DNA of 61,449 nucleotides, filler included, from Catajapyx aquilonaris (lineage: Eukaryota): NCBI GenBank assembly GCA_000934665.2. It is 3 parts of 3 records of this genome, joined end to end, with 100 filler letters (N's around TTAATTAATTAA, not from the genome) between each part and the next. Parts side by side here need not be neighbours in the genome. Positions count along the whole stretch, not along the records: positions 41,272 to 61,449 come from JYFJ02006318.1; 2 more parts are not named here. One strand, 5' to 3'. This document shows positions 50,332 to 61,449 of this stretch, piece by piece. A model generated the notes under the pieces. The model searched no databases, was not told the DNA's origin, and saw only the letters and a list, made by a program, of their open reading frames with translations. Position 1 is the stretch's first letter; the number at the start of each line of letters is the position of its first letter. The position numbers were made by a program, and so were the translations under genes.

Positions 50332-51849
50332 CGAGGGTGAATCAATGAATTCTGAGCCTCGCATAGAAAGACTTTTTTTATAATCACCAATTTCGTGAGA
50401 CTTTACAACATAGTCCCCCTGAACACTAATGCACTTCTGCCATCTGTGCTCCAACTTCTGGATTCCATGTAAAAAAATATCTTTCCCTACCCCACCCAAC
50501 CACTCATGCATAGCACTGATCACTTCATCATCACCAGAAAAATGAGTCCCACGCAGGCTCTCTTTGAGTTTTGGAAAGAGGTGGTAGTCGGAGGGGGCCA
50601 AATCTGGGGAATAGGGGGGATGGGGGAGAAGTTCAAACCCACAATAGTGAGCAGCCACCTGTGCAATCCGTGAGGTGTGGGCTGGAGCTTTGTCTTGGTG
50701 GAGCAGCCCCCCTTGGGTCAGTTTTCCGGGCCTCTTCTCCTTGATGGTCTCGCGCAGCTGGTGTAAAAGGTTGGCGTAGTAGTCTCCTGTGATAGTGCGC
50801 CCATGTTGCAGAATGTCCACCAACAGAACCCCGTCACAGTCCCAAAAAATCGACGCCATCACCTTCCCCACCGATGGAACGACATGAAACATTCGTGGGG
50901 GTGGAGATCCATGATGCCGCCACTCCTTACTCTGCATTTTGGTTTCTGGGCAATAATGATGAAGCTGTCACCGTTAGCCACGCTATGGCGACGATACCAG
51001 TGCGTGTCCCACAAGGGGCCCACAACACCCGGAAAGAATAAGATTTGGGAACTGTTTCTGGACGGACTTAAATTTATTGGCAACCTCTCTCTCCAAGTAC
51101 AGGGCTACGTCTCCTCTCTTATCAGTACCTCAGTCCCTATATATGGCATAGGTGGGGGCGCCACCATCACAGGTTACACAGTCACAGGTTACAAAGCCAT
51201 GCTTCGTCTTGAGTCACAGCGACCCAAGAAAGCGGCAGTGTCCCGTCGATACACCTCCAATGACTCTTCAGATGTGATCACACCAGTCCTCTTCTGATCT
51301 GGTGTCAAGCGGCGAGGTACCCAACGCGCCGAAAGCTTGTGCATTTCCAAGGTTTTCGTCAGGATTTATTGGACACTGCCAAAAGAGATGCCCACCGCCG
51401 TGGCTATCATTGCTGGATGGTGATTCGCCTGTCAGCCATCACCATGTCATGGATTCTGTCCACGATTTCCTCGGTGACCGAAGTTGACGGACCGCCTGGG
51501 CGGGGGTCATCTTGCAAACTCTCCCAACCCATCTTGAATTCTCGTGCCCACCTTTTGACTGTAGCATATGACGGAGCATCGTCATCTCCTACTTGTAACG
51601 TCTCTTCGTGGATGTCCTTGGGGCACAACCCTTTTTTGTGGAGGTGTCTCATCACTGCAGGTGCCTGGCGTTTGTCCATTATCAGGACAGGCCCACACGT
51701 TCACACATACAAGGTTCAAGTACTCTTGGTGGAATCAGAATGAAACTTGGTGATATAGGTTCCAATGAGTGCCACTACAAGTTGGTAGAAGCATGTCATT
51801 GTAGGTCAACTCCATCTATATCAGGCTCAGAATTCATTGTTCACCCTCG
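50332..51849 (-). mobile_element. Full-length but inactivated mariner element
   Basis: TIR CGAGGGTGAA(T)CAATGAATTCTGAGCCT flanked by TA; WVPRRL, TQDEAW, HQDKAPAH and HPPYSPDLAPSDY motifs; stops and a frameshift. Confidence 0.95.
50966..51193 (-). mobile_element. Solo LTR (228 bp) inserted in the mariner transposase
   Basis: TGT...ACA ends, 4-bp TSD AAGC, minus-strand TATATA then AATAAA; removing it restores DEAWL-HHYCPETK. Confidence 0.8.
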
Positions 51850-52679
51850 TAAAAAGGCCCTGCACGTAGGCAACCACCTCATCTACTGGCCAAATGTGAA
51901 ACCTTACTGATTTTTCTGGCACTTGGCCAACATTGGCGATGGCACATAGGATACCTCGACACTCATAACACAAAACCGGATTTTTGGGCACTTAGGACCT
52001 TTGCATTGTCTCCCCTTCAATTAACCAAAAATGAATTTATTAGAAAGCAAAACGTGTTTACAATAAAAGCTTGATGACAAGCTTGATGAGTTTTTCTATG
52101 TTTCTCTCTGAGGCAGTAGCAAACTCCTTCAATATGTTTGATTGACTTTTTCTCATTCTCCTTCTGGGTGTGCCTGCAAAAATAGGAAGCAATTTTTTTA
52201 AATATTTAGGAATCCTTCATAATATGCTTTTAAAGCTGCATTTAAATGCTAGCGATTTTATCGGTGATGTTGCAGCGACGAGCCCAATTTTTGGGGTGAA
52301 AACACTTTTTGTTACCACAATCGTTACTTTCACTTGGTGATGACATCGCTGATCAAATCGCTCACATGTTCACATGCTTACAGGAGCATGTGAAGTTGCT
52401 TAGCATCACAGTTTAACATACCAGCCATGCTCATTTTTTCCTTATACAGTGCTGGACATTAATTCCGTTGTACAGTATTGGTCATATATTGAGGCAACCG
52501 CCAGCGACATTTTCCAAAGCGGCAGAAGAAGGAATCTTGCTCGCCCATGCTTGAAGTATGCTTATCTCCCCCTCCATGTGGCTGTTGTCCTCGTGTAGAG
52601 TTACTTCCGCTGAAACATGGTGTAATAAAGGCGATTGTTATACGTCATGCTAAAGTTGAAGAGTAATAGTTGTGACCCA

Positions 52680-53102
52680 CCTGTAATTACTCTTCCCGCC
52701 AGGATCTCGTCCCGCTGTAACAAGACCTCTGGGGTCAGGTCACTGACGTCCAGTACATCCCCAGGATTTTCCGCAGGGCGGTCACCAATAATCGAGTCCA
52801 CCCGACTGTAATACTCCCAGTCCACCCGATGATGGCCGGACTGGCTATTCTTGGTCTTGACTTCGGCGATACTTGATAGTGAGCCTCCTCATCTTCTCTT
52901 TACATTGAGGACCGGTGACCACCACGTTGAACCGGTCCTTCATCGCCTGGCTCATCCTCTCAAAAACTACCTTGTTGTGGGCAGCCTTCCGGAGCTTCTC
53001 CTGCGCCTCGCCCCAGACCACCAGCAGGCCTCTGGTGGCCTGGTCGGTCCACTGAAATACCTTTTTGCCAACAATACACACGCTTTCGTTGGAAGACGCC
53101 AT
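52680..53102 (-). pseudogene. Myb/SANT-like (trihelix) DNA-binding gene of Harbinger type, frameshifted
   Basis: WTDQATRGLLVVW..NKVVFERMS..TGPQCKEKMRRLTIKYR, then SG..WEYYSRVDSIIGDRP in another frame. Confidence 0.8.
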
Positions 53103-53818
53103 GTATGATGCCTTGCTCCAGGAAACAAGCGTCTGGAGACAGCACCCGTACCCCGCCAGCGCCACCGGAGAATTAGCGGCTGACTGTTGAACTTCTGTAT
53201 ACCCCTGATACAGTACCTAGAATACAGTGCATCCCAATATTTTTCGTTGGCGACCCCAAATAATCGCTTCGCTAAATTGGCGACCCTCCTCATGCGCCCA
53301 TCGCAACCCACAGTTTGGGAATTACTGGTCTAGATCCTTATACGTATTTCACAGATATATTTACATAATACCTGAAGAATATGATTGTCAGAAGTGGAAG
53401 AATAATTTTTGTTGCTGTCATGGAGACGAACTCAAGGAATTAGGAATGGGCAGAGGTGGGTAAATGAGAAATATTCATCTACTAATTTTCCATACAAATA
53501 TTTATTTCCAGTTTATATCGACACCATAATATATCAATAAGCATATGAAACACACCGGAAAAAAACCTTCAAAAAGCAGAATGCTAGTCATGAGGAAATG
53601 GAGTTGTAGGAAATATTGCAAATATTGCACTTGTGTTTTTACCGAATTTACTGTGAATTTAGTATGAATTTACTGTGAATTTACTCAATTTTTTACTGTC
53701 AATTTACTGTGAATTTACTGGCTGAATTTATTAGTCAATTCAGCCCAAAATAACTATCACCATCAGTATACATGATCCAAGTTATTTTGAGCCGAATTGA
53801 CCACAAAAACGGTTTTCC

Positions 53819-54290
53819 CTAACAATACTTCTTCCAACTCCATTTCCTCATGACTGTCTGGTTTCTTGCATTTTTTTTTTGGTTTCCCTTTTTTTTAACC
53901 GAAAAAAACCTCTCTTGTTTTTCTAAATTGGCATTAGCGCCTGCCACGTCCTTCTTCTTAAATTCAAAAACCGGTGTCTTGCCCACTTTGAGCAGCTTTC
54001 TTGCTGCCTGGGCATGATCAATGACACCTTGCGCAATCGACTCATCTGGTTCAGGATAATTCCTAGTATCTTCTAGTAACCCTTTCACTACTTCACACAT
54101 TTTTCTTTTCACTGACTCCCTAGAATTACCCATTTCGCCAGACACTTTCCTATTTGGCACAATTTCTTTATGGAATTGTCTCTCTTCTTCCAATGTGTCA
54201 TCTATTGTATTGCCAATAATGCTTGGGACAGCCTCCTGATGCTTAGTAACACATGTAGCACAAAGCAGCAGACTGAAAGCAGAAGTACGA
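53819..54290 (-). mobile_element. Probable MULE/SWIM transposase C-terminal fragment
   Basis: ANANLEKQERFFSVKKK resembles the tail of arthropod MULE-SWIM proteins; no catalytic motif seen. Confidence 0.4.
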
Positions 54291-55051
54291 AAGTCTGCCG
54301 CTAATTCTCCGGTGGCGCTGGCGGGGTACGGGTGCTGTCTCCAGACGCTTGTTCCAGGAACAGGAAGGCAAGGGAACCAGAGCCCAGAGGGCAGCACTGA
54401 GGGAGGAGTGACGTCATGATCCTGACTAAGCTGGCTGCCACAGTCACCTTCGTAAACGCGTTCGGGTGGAGGAAGGACATGTGGGAACACCCCAATCGCG
54501 TTTTTCGGGTGTAGGGATCATGATCCCTGTGGCACATGGGAATGACCCTAATGAGTTCGAAATGCAAAAATTGGTTTAGCTGATCGTAATTGCGCAGGAG
54601 GATTGCCCTCTTTAGCCTTTTTTCCAGCAGGAACAATATTTCGTCGCTGTCAATCCAATACCTCGTATCTACGAAGAACCCAACTTTACAGGAGAAGGAA
54701 ATAACTATTTCTTAAAGTACTGGCACACAACAGAAAATCCCTAATTTTTTCCCCAGCCTTACAGCTCTTAAGAATTACACTTCCTTGACTGAAATTCAAA
54801 TTCCTAACAATGTGACATTGTTGGTGCACTTACGAGGTTTTGCAATATGAAAGACATTACAACACTTCGAAGATGAGAGGTTTTGTCAGAACGGGTTTTA
54901 GAAAAGGAAATACTTTGGGGAGTAATATTGATCATTTTTTTTATTTCAATCTGAATAATATTGACATGAATGCCCGGCAATCATGAAATGCCATTAGCCT
55001 ATAGGCTAATATCGATTCTAAGTATTTCTGGCATGATTGCACGGGTACGGA

Positions 55052-57583
55052 TCACTGCAGCCTACATGGCGCAAATTGTTGTAGAAATGATGGTAATCCT
55101 TTGGAAGGACAGACGAGCTGCTGCAAGTGGGTGTACTTATCCAGTGATATGGCTACAGGACCATCATACAGCTTTTTGATTGTACAGTGTGAAGCATCCT
55201 GCCTACGTTGTGGCATAGTTTCCCAGTGGTCGGAGAATGCTAGTTTGTACTTGATAGTACCATCATGACTGTAATTCAATCCCCTTAAATCCGTGACAAC
55301 TGGATCCCCTGATCGACGACCCGGACGGATGGATGAATAGTACTTTAAATCACTGTAGTCCTCAAAGAACGACCACTCTAAGTACCTGACGTTGTAAGGC
55401 TGAGGTTTGGCACGTGCCACGGAACAGGCATCGACATACATAGCCGGAGTGTATATAGGCTTATTACGATACTGCCTCTCAATGGTGCTGTGCATACTAT
55501 CACATTCCATTTGCGTATGGCCCTTGACAAGGTACTTCTGAGTGATAGTAACTGAATGAGTGATGGCAGTGTGCAGCAAAGCATTAGCCAGAGTAGTATG
55601 GCGATTATGGTAGTTACAACCATCACTGTAGAAAATCACTGAATCCCCAGCTGTTGTATGTTCCTTAATAAAGTTGCACATAATTGTGCTGAACTCATTT
55701 CCTGTTATGTGTCCATCTCCCTCATGCCATAGATAGCAATATCCACGTCCTGCTTTCAAATCATATATAGTGAAGTTATGAACGCATAATTTCATTTTAT
55801 AATACAAAGCAGAGGCATTTAACTTGGGAGAAAGCAGAACAGACTGCATGTCCACCGTATACAAATGGCTGACATTTTCATCATCTTTGTCTCTGGCTTT
55901 TTCTGCTCTTGCCTCCTCCTTCATGTTTATGTGAGTTTCATATTCCTTGTCACCAGTGTTTCCAGTCTCATGGCCAACACAAATGTCGCACTGATCTTTT
56001 CTGCATAAAAAGGTACAGGATTAAAAGTATCACAGTTACATAATTATTATCAGTCACAGGTAATCATGCATAATACAGTGCTTCTTACTTCGGTCTGTAC
56101 AAAGCCAGATTCATTTTCTTGAATATGTCCAGAAAGTGGCCCCAGCAGAATGGGCGCACGTTTTGATTCCTTGCATTTGCACAGTATTCCCTGTGCAATG
56201 CCGAAATTGACTGTCACATGGGTTCGAGGTACAGTTTTTTGGACGATTCCCTGCAGTAATGAGATTCCATCTTTGGAATGTCCTGAAGATAGGACTGCAG
56301 ATGCTTTTGGCGGTGTTCATCCTCCCTTGGTCCAGAATTATGGCGATGATCCACGTTGTCATCTTTGGCTGTTCCTTTGGTCATACCTAAGGCCCATGCT
56401 CGAACACTCCATTCCTTCAAGCCATAAGTTGAACAGAAGAAATCCTTGCAAACCTTAACCATACCAACACGTTCCTTCTGCATGTGGTACAGTAGTGTAT
56501 TAGCTCTTCGTGAAGAATCCTTGGTTTCTATTGAAAAAGGAGCCATGTGCTAAAGTAAAGACATAATGACACGCACTTGTGTAATCACTTGACTTACCAC
56601 CACCTGTCCGTCTCTTGACATCCTTGCCATGTACTAAGGCGGCTACTTTTACACGTCTCTGTTCCCATGTTAGGTTTTGCCAGAAATGTCGGAATTCTGC
56701 TTCTCGATAGGATTGCGTAAATTGGTTGCAGCAAAACTTCATTTTATTGCTAGTCTCTGTGGCATGTTTGCAAGGTGGCCCCATCACCCTAGCGCTACGT
56801 GGTTCAGACAGTTCCAACTTCCCATCTCTCTTCTTGTAGCCACAATATTCTTTCCCTTCCATACGCAACTTCTTTTGTCGTATCTTGTCTCCAGGCGATG
56901 CAGTAGTTTTCCTGCGTTTGCCAGTAATGGTTGGGGAGGCACATTCCTTTCTGGTCTCATGCTGCTCATCGTCTGATTCGCTCTCTGACGTTTCAGATGG
57001 TACATAAGAGGATTCTGAGTCACTTAAATCCACTCTCTCCTCTCTCCTTCCTTCTCTCATCCTCCCTTCCTTCTCTCATCCTCCCTTCCTTCTCTCATCC
57101 TCTCTTCCTTCTCTCCTCCACTCTCTCTTAGATCCACAACTCTCTGGAAAGTAATTCGTGCAACAAGATTACTTGTGACAGTACTACAAACTGTAACATT
57201 ACAGCTTGTACCAGAGGGTGCTTCTGTGTCTCCCTTTGTTTCTGTATCATCTGGAGGGACGGTTTTCTGTCCGTCTGTAATGCATAACAGCAAGTAAAGC
57301 AACAATTTTTAAATGTGAATCTGAGGCGTGCAAGCGAACTTTAAAATGTACCTTCACCAGTTGTGGATTCAGAATCTGTGTCCCCTGGTGGATATCTCAC
57401 ATTGATTTGTGAAACGGCCAGAACTGGTGGAGCTGTTTCATGGAAAAGCATTATGTTATAAAATAATATAAACAGCAGACAACGTCAAATTATACGAAAA
57501 TTCCCATCATAAGTGAGTCTACCTTCCTGTCGTGTAGCAATCAAGGCCTTGGCCATTGTCACCAGCATCTTGCCTCGAGACAT
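55052..57583 (-). mobile_element. Intron-containing Sola1 transposase pseudogene
   Basis: MSRGKMLV start; KVCKDFFCSTYGL, IPKMESHYCR, KKDQCDIC, TVDMQSVL, YSDGC, YLVKGHTQMECDSMHSTIE; introns 56528-56597 and 56001-56088; premature stop at 56214 and a 3' frameshift. Confidence 0.88.
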
Positions 57584-58112
57584 TCTTTGACCTACACAGG
57601 CAGTTTATGCCAAGACATGAACATTATTAGAGCCAATACTTACTCCTTAACTATGCCACTGTTGAAAACCATGCGTTGCAAAACCTCTTACATGATGATG
57701 TTCAAAGGCATATGTTACGGCAAAACCTCGTATAATGAATCAGCACATTTCGTTACAGCATGCTTTCGGTGCTATTGTCACATGTGACAAAGTTTCACCA
57801 TCACGAACCAACGGGGGAACTATGTCCCACTTTGGTGCCAGTCACTGTGGCACTAATTACGCCTTAGGTGTAGGGTATTAGACTGACAAAGAGGAAAGAT
57901 ACTCACCGAAGCCCACTTGGGAAGTGGCCATCTTGGATTGCTGCACATACGAGGTCTTGCTGCTAATATTTCCCGAATGTTGGAGGTGAGGTTTTGTCAT
58001 ACACCTAGATGGCGCGCTTTGGGTTCTCTAGGGAATATGAGGTTTTGCCAACAGATGGGGCTTGTATTGACTACTACAAAACCATGGAAAACTGGAAATC
58101 GGCCAAAGTGCG

Positions 58113-58342
58113 AGATACGAGGTATTGGATTGACAGCGACGATTTGTTTCCTTGGTGTACTGTTTCCTGCATGAAACATGAACTGCGAGAGAGTCTGATC
58201 TCTTAAATATAACATTCTTACCATCTCTCCTCCTCACGCTAGCCTTTACAATGGCTTCCAACCCTCTCTGCACAGTCACAATATCGGTTCCATCGTTGAG
58301 CGGCTTATCACAGAGTGTACAATTCGCGTCCGGCATTTTCAT
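58113..58342 (-). mobile_element. N-terminal fragment of an Academ-like transposase
   Basis: CTLC..GLEAIVKASVRRRDG..VHVSCRKQYT pattern; truncated. Confidence 0.45.
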
Positions 58343-59169
58343 TCATGAAACCTAGTCCATATTATAGAGGTCAGTGGGTGTACTAGGCTTCGAAAGTCTG
58401 AAATGCGAAGATTTTGGATCACTTGAAAACTATGGTCAATCGCTCTAGCGGCCAAACGAAAAAAGCTAGCGAGCTGGTTCTAGTCTCTTCTTTTAGGAAA
58501 TTCCATCAGCTTTCATCTTGATAGAAAGTGATTTTTCTCTAGGATGCATCGTTTCGGAGTTATAAGCGGAAAACTAAAACAACTTACGAAATTTTATGGT
58601 TTTTCGCAATTTTTATGGTGAAGTCATATCCGAATGTAGTCGATAGCTGGATTTTCAGATTGAGCATCCCAAAAAATCCGTCGAGAATAATTCTTCAGCG
58701 ATTTTTTCCTGAATCCTTTATCCATTTTGCTCTGCTTGGCTCTGCTGCGTGCTCTGAAAGATGTGAATCGGCGAATGGTAAATGGGAATGACAATAGTTG
58801 AAAATTAAACCTTGTATATTTTTCCGTTGTGTATTTGAAACAAACATGTAGTGTTTTACTGCCCTTACAAAATATTATCGAAACCCAAATAATAGTTTTT
58901 TTAGTACGGTATTGTCAAACATGTGCAGTCGTCTTCATTCTTTTCTCAAGCCTTTTCCTCTCTCTCTCTCTCCCTCTCTTACCGCAACAATTCATTTCTT
59001 TCCTTCACCCAAGCAAAATTCTTATAAGAGTGAGAATATATACAAGTTTGTCACATATATGGTCGGCATGCTCGGGGTGAATATCAATCCATTTAAGGTA
59101 ATCCTTCCCCTGCCCCCTAATCACATCCTGCACATTGCGGATGAAGTGATTGCCAAGGAAATAGGTGGG

Positions 59170-60040
59170 TTATATCTCTTTGTCAATCCCTTCAGACAAA
59201 TCTTCAACACATTTCATAAGGTCCTCAGATGGGTAGGTTAACCCTGTTGCAACGTTGTCATATTGTTTGTAAAAAAAACATGTCGCTCCCAGAGGCACTG
59301 CATCTGATGTAAGTAATCCCCTGTATCCTTCACAGTCACCACTTGCTGAGGTTGGTTTTATTACACGCTTGGATAAATACCCAGAGACATAAGCAAGGCC
59401 TTGCTCATGGTATTTGCAGTCGCTGAAGTCTGAAATTTTATCAGCTTCACCTTGGGTGCTGGATGGAGTGGAGGTGGATGATTGGCCATGTGCTGCAACA
59501 GTAGAAATCCTGACACCTTCCATGTCATTGGTAGACGCTCATAGTGCTCAGGAGATTGTCAAAGTCGGTTTCACAATAATAATTCTTTGTTGATGTGGAT
59601 CGTAGATTCTGCACCATTATTTTCTTTGCAATGTAGGAGAATTCTCTTGGGCTTGGCCTATCTCTGCAGCCTTCCTCACTCCTCCAAAAGCATTCTCTAA
59701 ACAATCTTGGTTTAGCCGTCCCATTAGCAGGAACGGCAGGCCCTCATCCTGCAAGTGCAGCCACAACTGTTCTGCTGCGGAGAGTGTCACCAGCCAACCA
59801 GTTTGACTGGGACACTTGATGGCATTTCCATTCATTTTTAGAAAGGTCCCATTTCTGACACTTTCTTTGCACTCCCGCCACATTTGCAAGTGTCGAGATG
59901 TCGATGTCACAGCACCGCACAGGTCCCTCGTTGGATGCCTCATTACCCGACTGTTGACACTGTCAAACATTTTGTCGACAGTGCCAACAAAGTCAGCAGA
60001 GTGCTGGGCTGCTACAGGCAGGATACTCCCAGTTTCAGAT
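59170..60040 (-). mobile_element. P-element/THAP9-type transposase C-terminal fragment
   Basis: ADFVGTVDKMFDSVNS, GWLVTL, RLNQDCLENAFGGVR, LAYVSGYL, GLTYPS. Confidence 0.88.
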
Positions 60041-61355
60041 AAGCAGCATAGTGGGGTCATTTTCATTTTTTTTGCGCAAATCCCGATATTTGTTTGTGAA
60101 ATATGAAACCTAAACGTCATAGTTTTCACTTATGATATGGTTTAAATGGAAGTTTAATTGATATTACAGATTTAACAGTGGATAGTGGCTTCCTTTGTCA
60201 CTTCTGTTACCATCGTGTGGATGTTTTTTTTAAAATCACTATGTATGTAATCTTGAAGTTGTAATGCTCCCACACAGCGGAGAGAACCACTCTCGTGGGA
60301 GTATTATTTTTTATTTACAGGAAACATGAAATTCGGCTCAATTGTTGTGGATAGGAATGGCTGGTAACGAGAATTATTAAAATTTCACAAGGTTTCATTT
60401 ACGAGTCACAGTTATGAAGCTCATGCACATAGATGTAATATTTTTAAATATGTAAGGCATCTGGGAGGCTTTCACTTACTATACTTTAATTAACAGTACC
60501 TCATACCACTCTCATGCTATGGTAAAGACTCACCTGGGTAACAGATGTGACACTCATTTCAAGAAATGATAATAGCAATAATTATGATGAATCATACCAA
60601 AGAACATTATTCACATTTTCTATACCTGACATGGTACCTTTCAGAGTTGGAATGCACGAGGGCACATTCTTTGACACAGAGTCTACTTCATTCTCAGTAA
60701 CGTAAAACAATTTCACATTAGTGGCATTCTTCAAATGATCATAAAATGCTTTAGCATTAGATATATCTTTTTCATGGCTACTTGTGCATCAGATGTGCGC
60801 TTCAGACACCCCCCTACCCCATCGGCCCCCTTCCCAAGTACTGCCTCAAAAAACGACCACGTTCCTTTTTGAAATCCCTCTCCCAAAAGCAATTCCTCTT
60901 ACTATGAGAACTGAATTACAGCAGGCACTTGAGACAATTTCTTTGGAGCTTCATAATTATTACTGGTGTGTGTTCTCAAGTATTCACATGCATTCCTGAT
61001 GTGAGCTTAACTGACCTTCTTGATTGAAAATTGTTGGTTTTGCAAATGGCAGCAATATATTCCTCAGTGTGCCTGAAAATTGGGCATTATTATAATGTAC
61101 AGCACAAAACCTCACATTCTAGGACGCTTGCCCTCAAATGGGGTTTAAAAAATAATTTTTTTAAAAAAAACCTCACGTTCTTGTGCACTTGAATGGATGA
61201 CCCATGGTGTTGCAGTAGGGCACTGCACTCAGCTGCACTCCAGCGATTCATCACACCTGTAAGATATATTAATAATAGCGACTATCAATGCCACACTACA
61301 TCCAGAAAGTGCCACAAGGTATGTGGCAGAAAAATGGGCAGTTGTGATAGTCCTA

Positions 61356-61449
61356 ACAACAACAACAACAACAACAACAACATCACGACATTTCCCTATG
61401 AGGGGTAGTCAGCGATGAAGGGAGATGCAAGCTAACCCAACATATGAAC
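61356..61449 (-). mobile_element. 3' tail of a LINE/SINE with (TTG)n, same family as 6517-6594
   Basis: Shared CACGACATTTCCCTATGAGGGGTAGTCAGCGATGAAGGGAGA. Confidence 0.6.

Larger units (their letters stand above)
49272..52018 (-). mobile_element. 5' half of a Sola1 element, interrupted by a mariner
   Basis: KQVCCGTFRNIFGL, HISTFPTEESHY and FRRPRVDTCRTCD; terminus AATT-GAAGGGGAGACAATGC at 52018. Confidence 0.75.

Noticed and set aside
1..61449. Fanzor/TnpB or other RNA-guided nuclease
   Set aside because: No RuvC plus zinc-ribbon motif set was recognised in any ORF

Overview
Animal draft-assembly sequence, probably arthropod (short 60-105 bp introns, TTAGG-type repeats, two N-gaps carrying a TTAATTAATTAA linker). 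Four spliced host genes can be rebuilt with GT-AG, frame-consistent exons: (1) a diverged PPM1G-like PP2C phosphatase (minus, 4456-13298); (2) a C2H2 zinc-finger gene head-to-head with it (plus, 14905-16147); (3) a diverged SUDS3/Sds3-family gene (minus, 26689-27607); (4) a 215-aa coiled-coil gene resembling the synaptonemal-complex protein SYCE2 (plus, 38949-40690). The rest is transposon-dense: a frameshifted Helitron/Helentron Rep-helicase (30.6-36.3 kb), mariners, many MITEs with readable TSDs, tRNA-derived SINEs (one V-SINE-like) and a 125-bp intron+exon tandem array. The most striking feature is 41-61 kb, a patchwork of coding fragments from about nine DNA-transposon groups that all lie on the minus strand, immediately downstream of the plus-strand SYCE2-like gene. 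This is the layout expected of a uni-strand piRNA cluster. All family assignments come from motif recognition by eye; no database searches were run.
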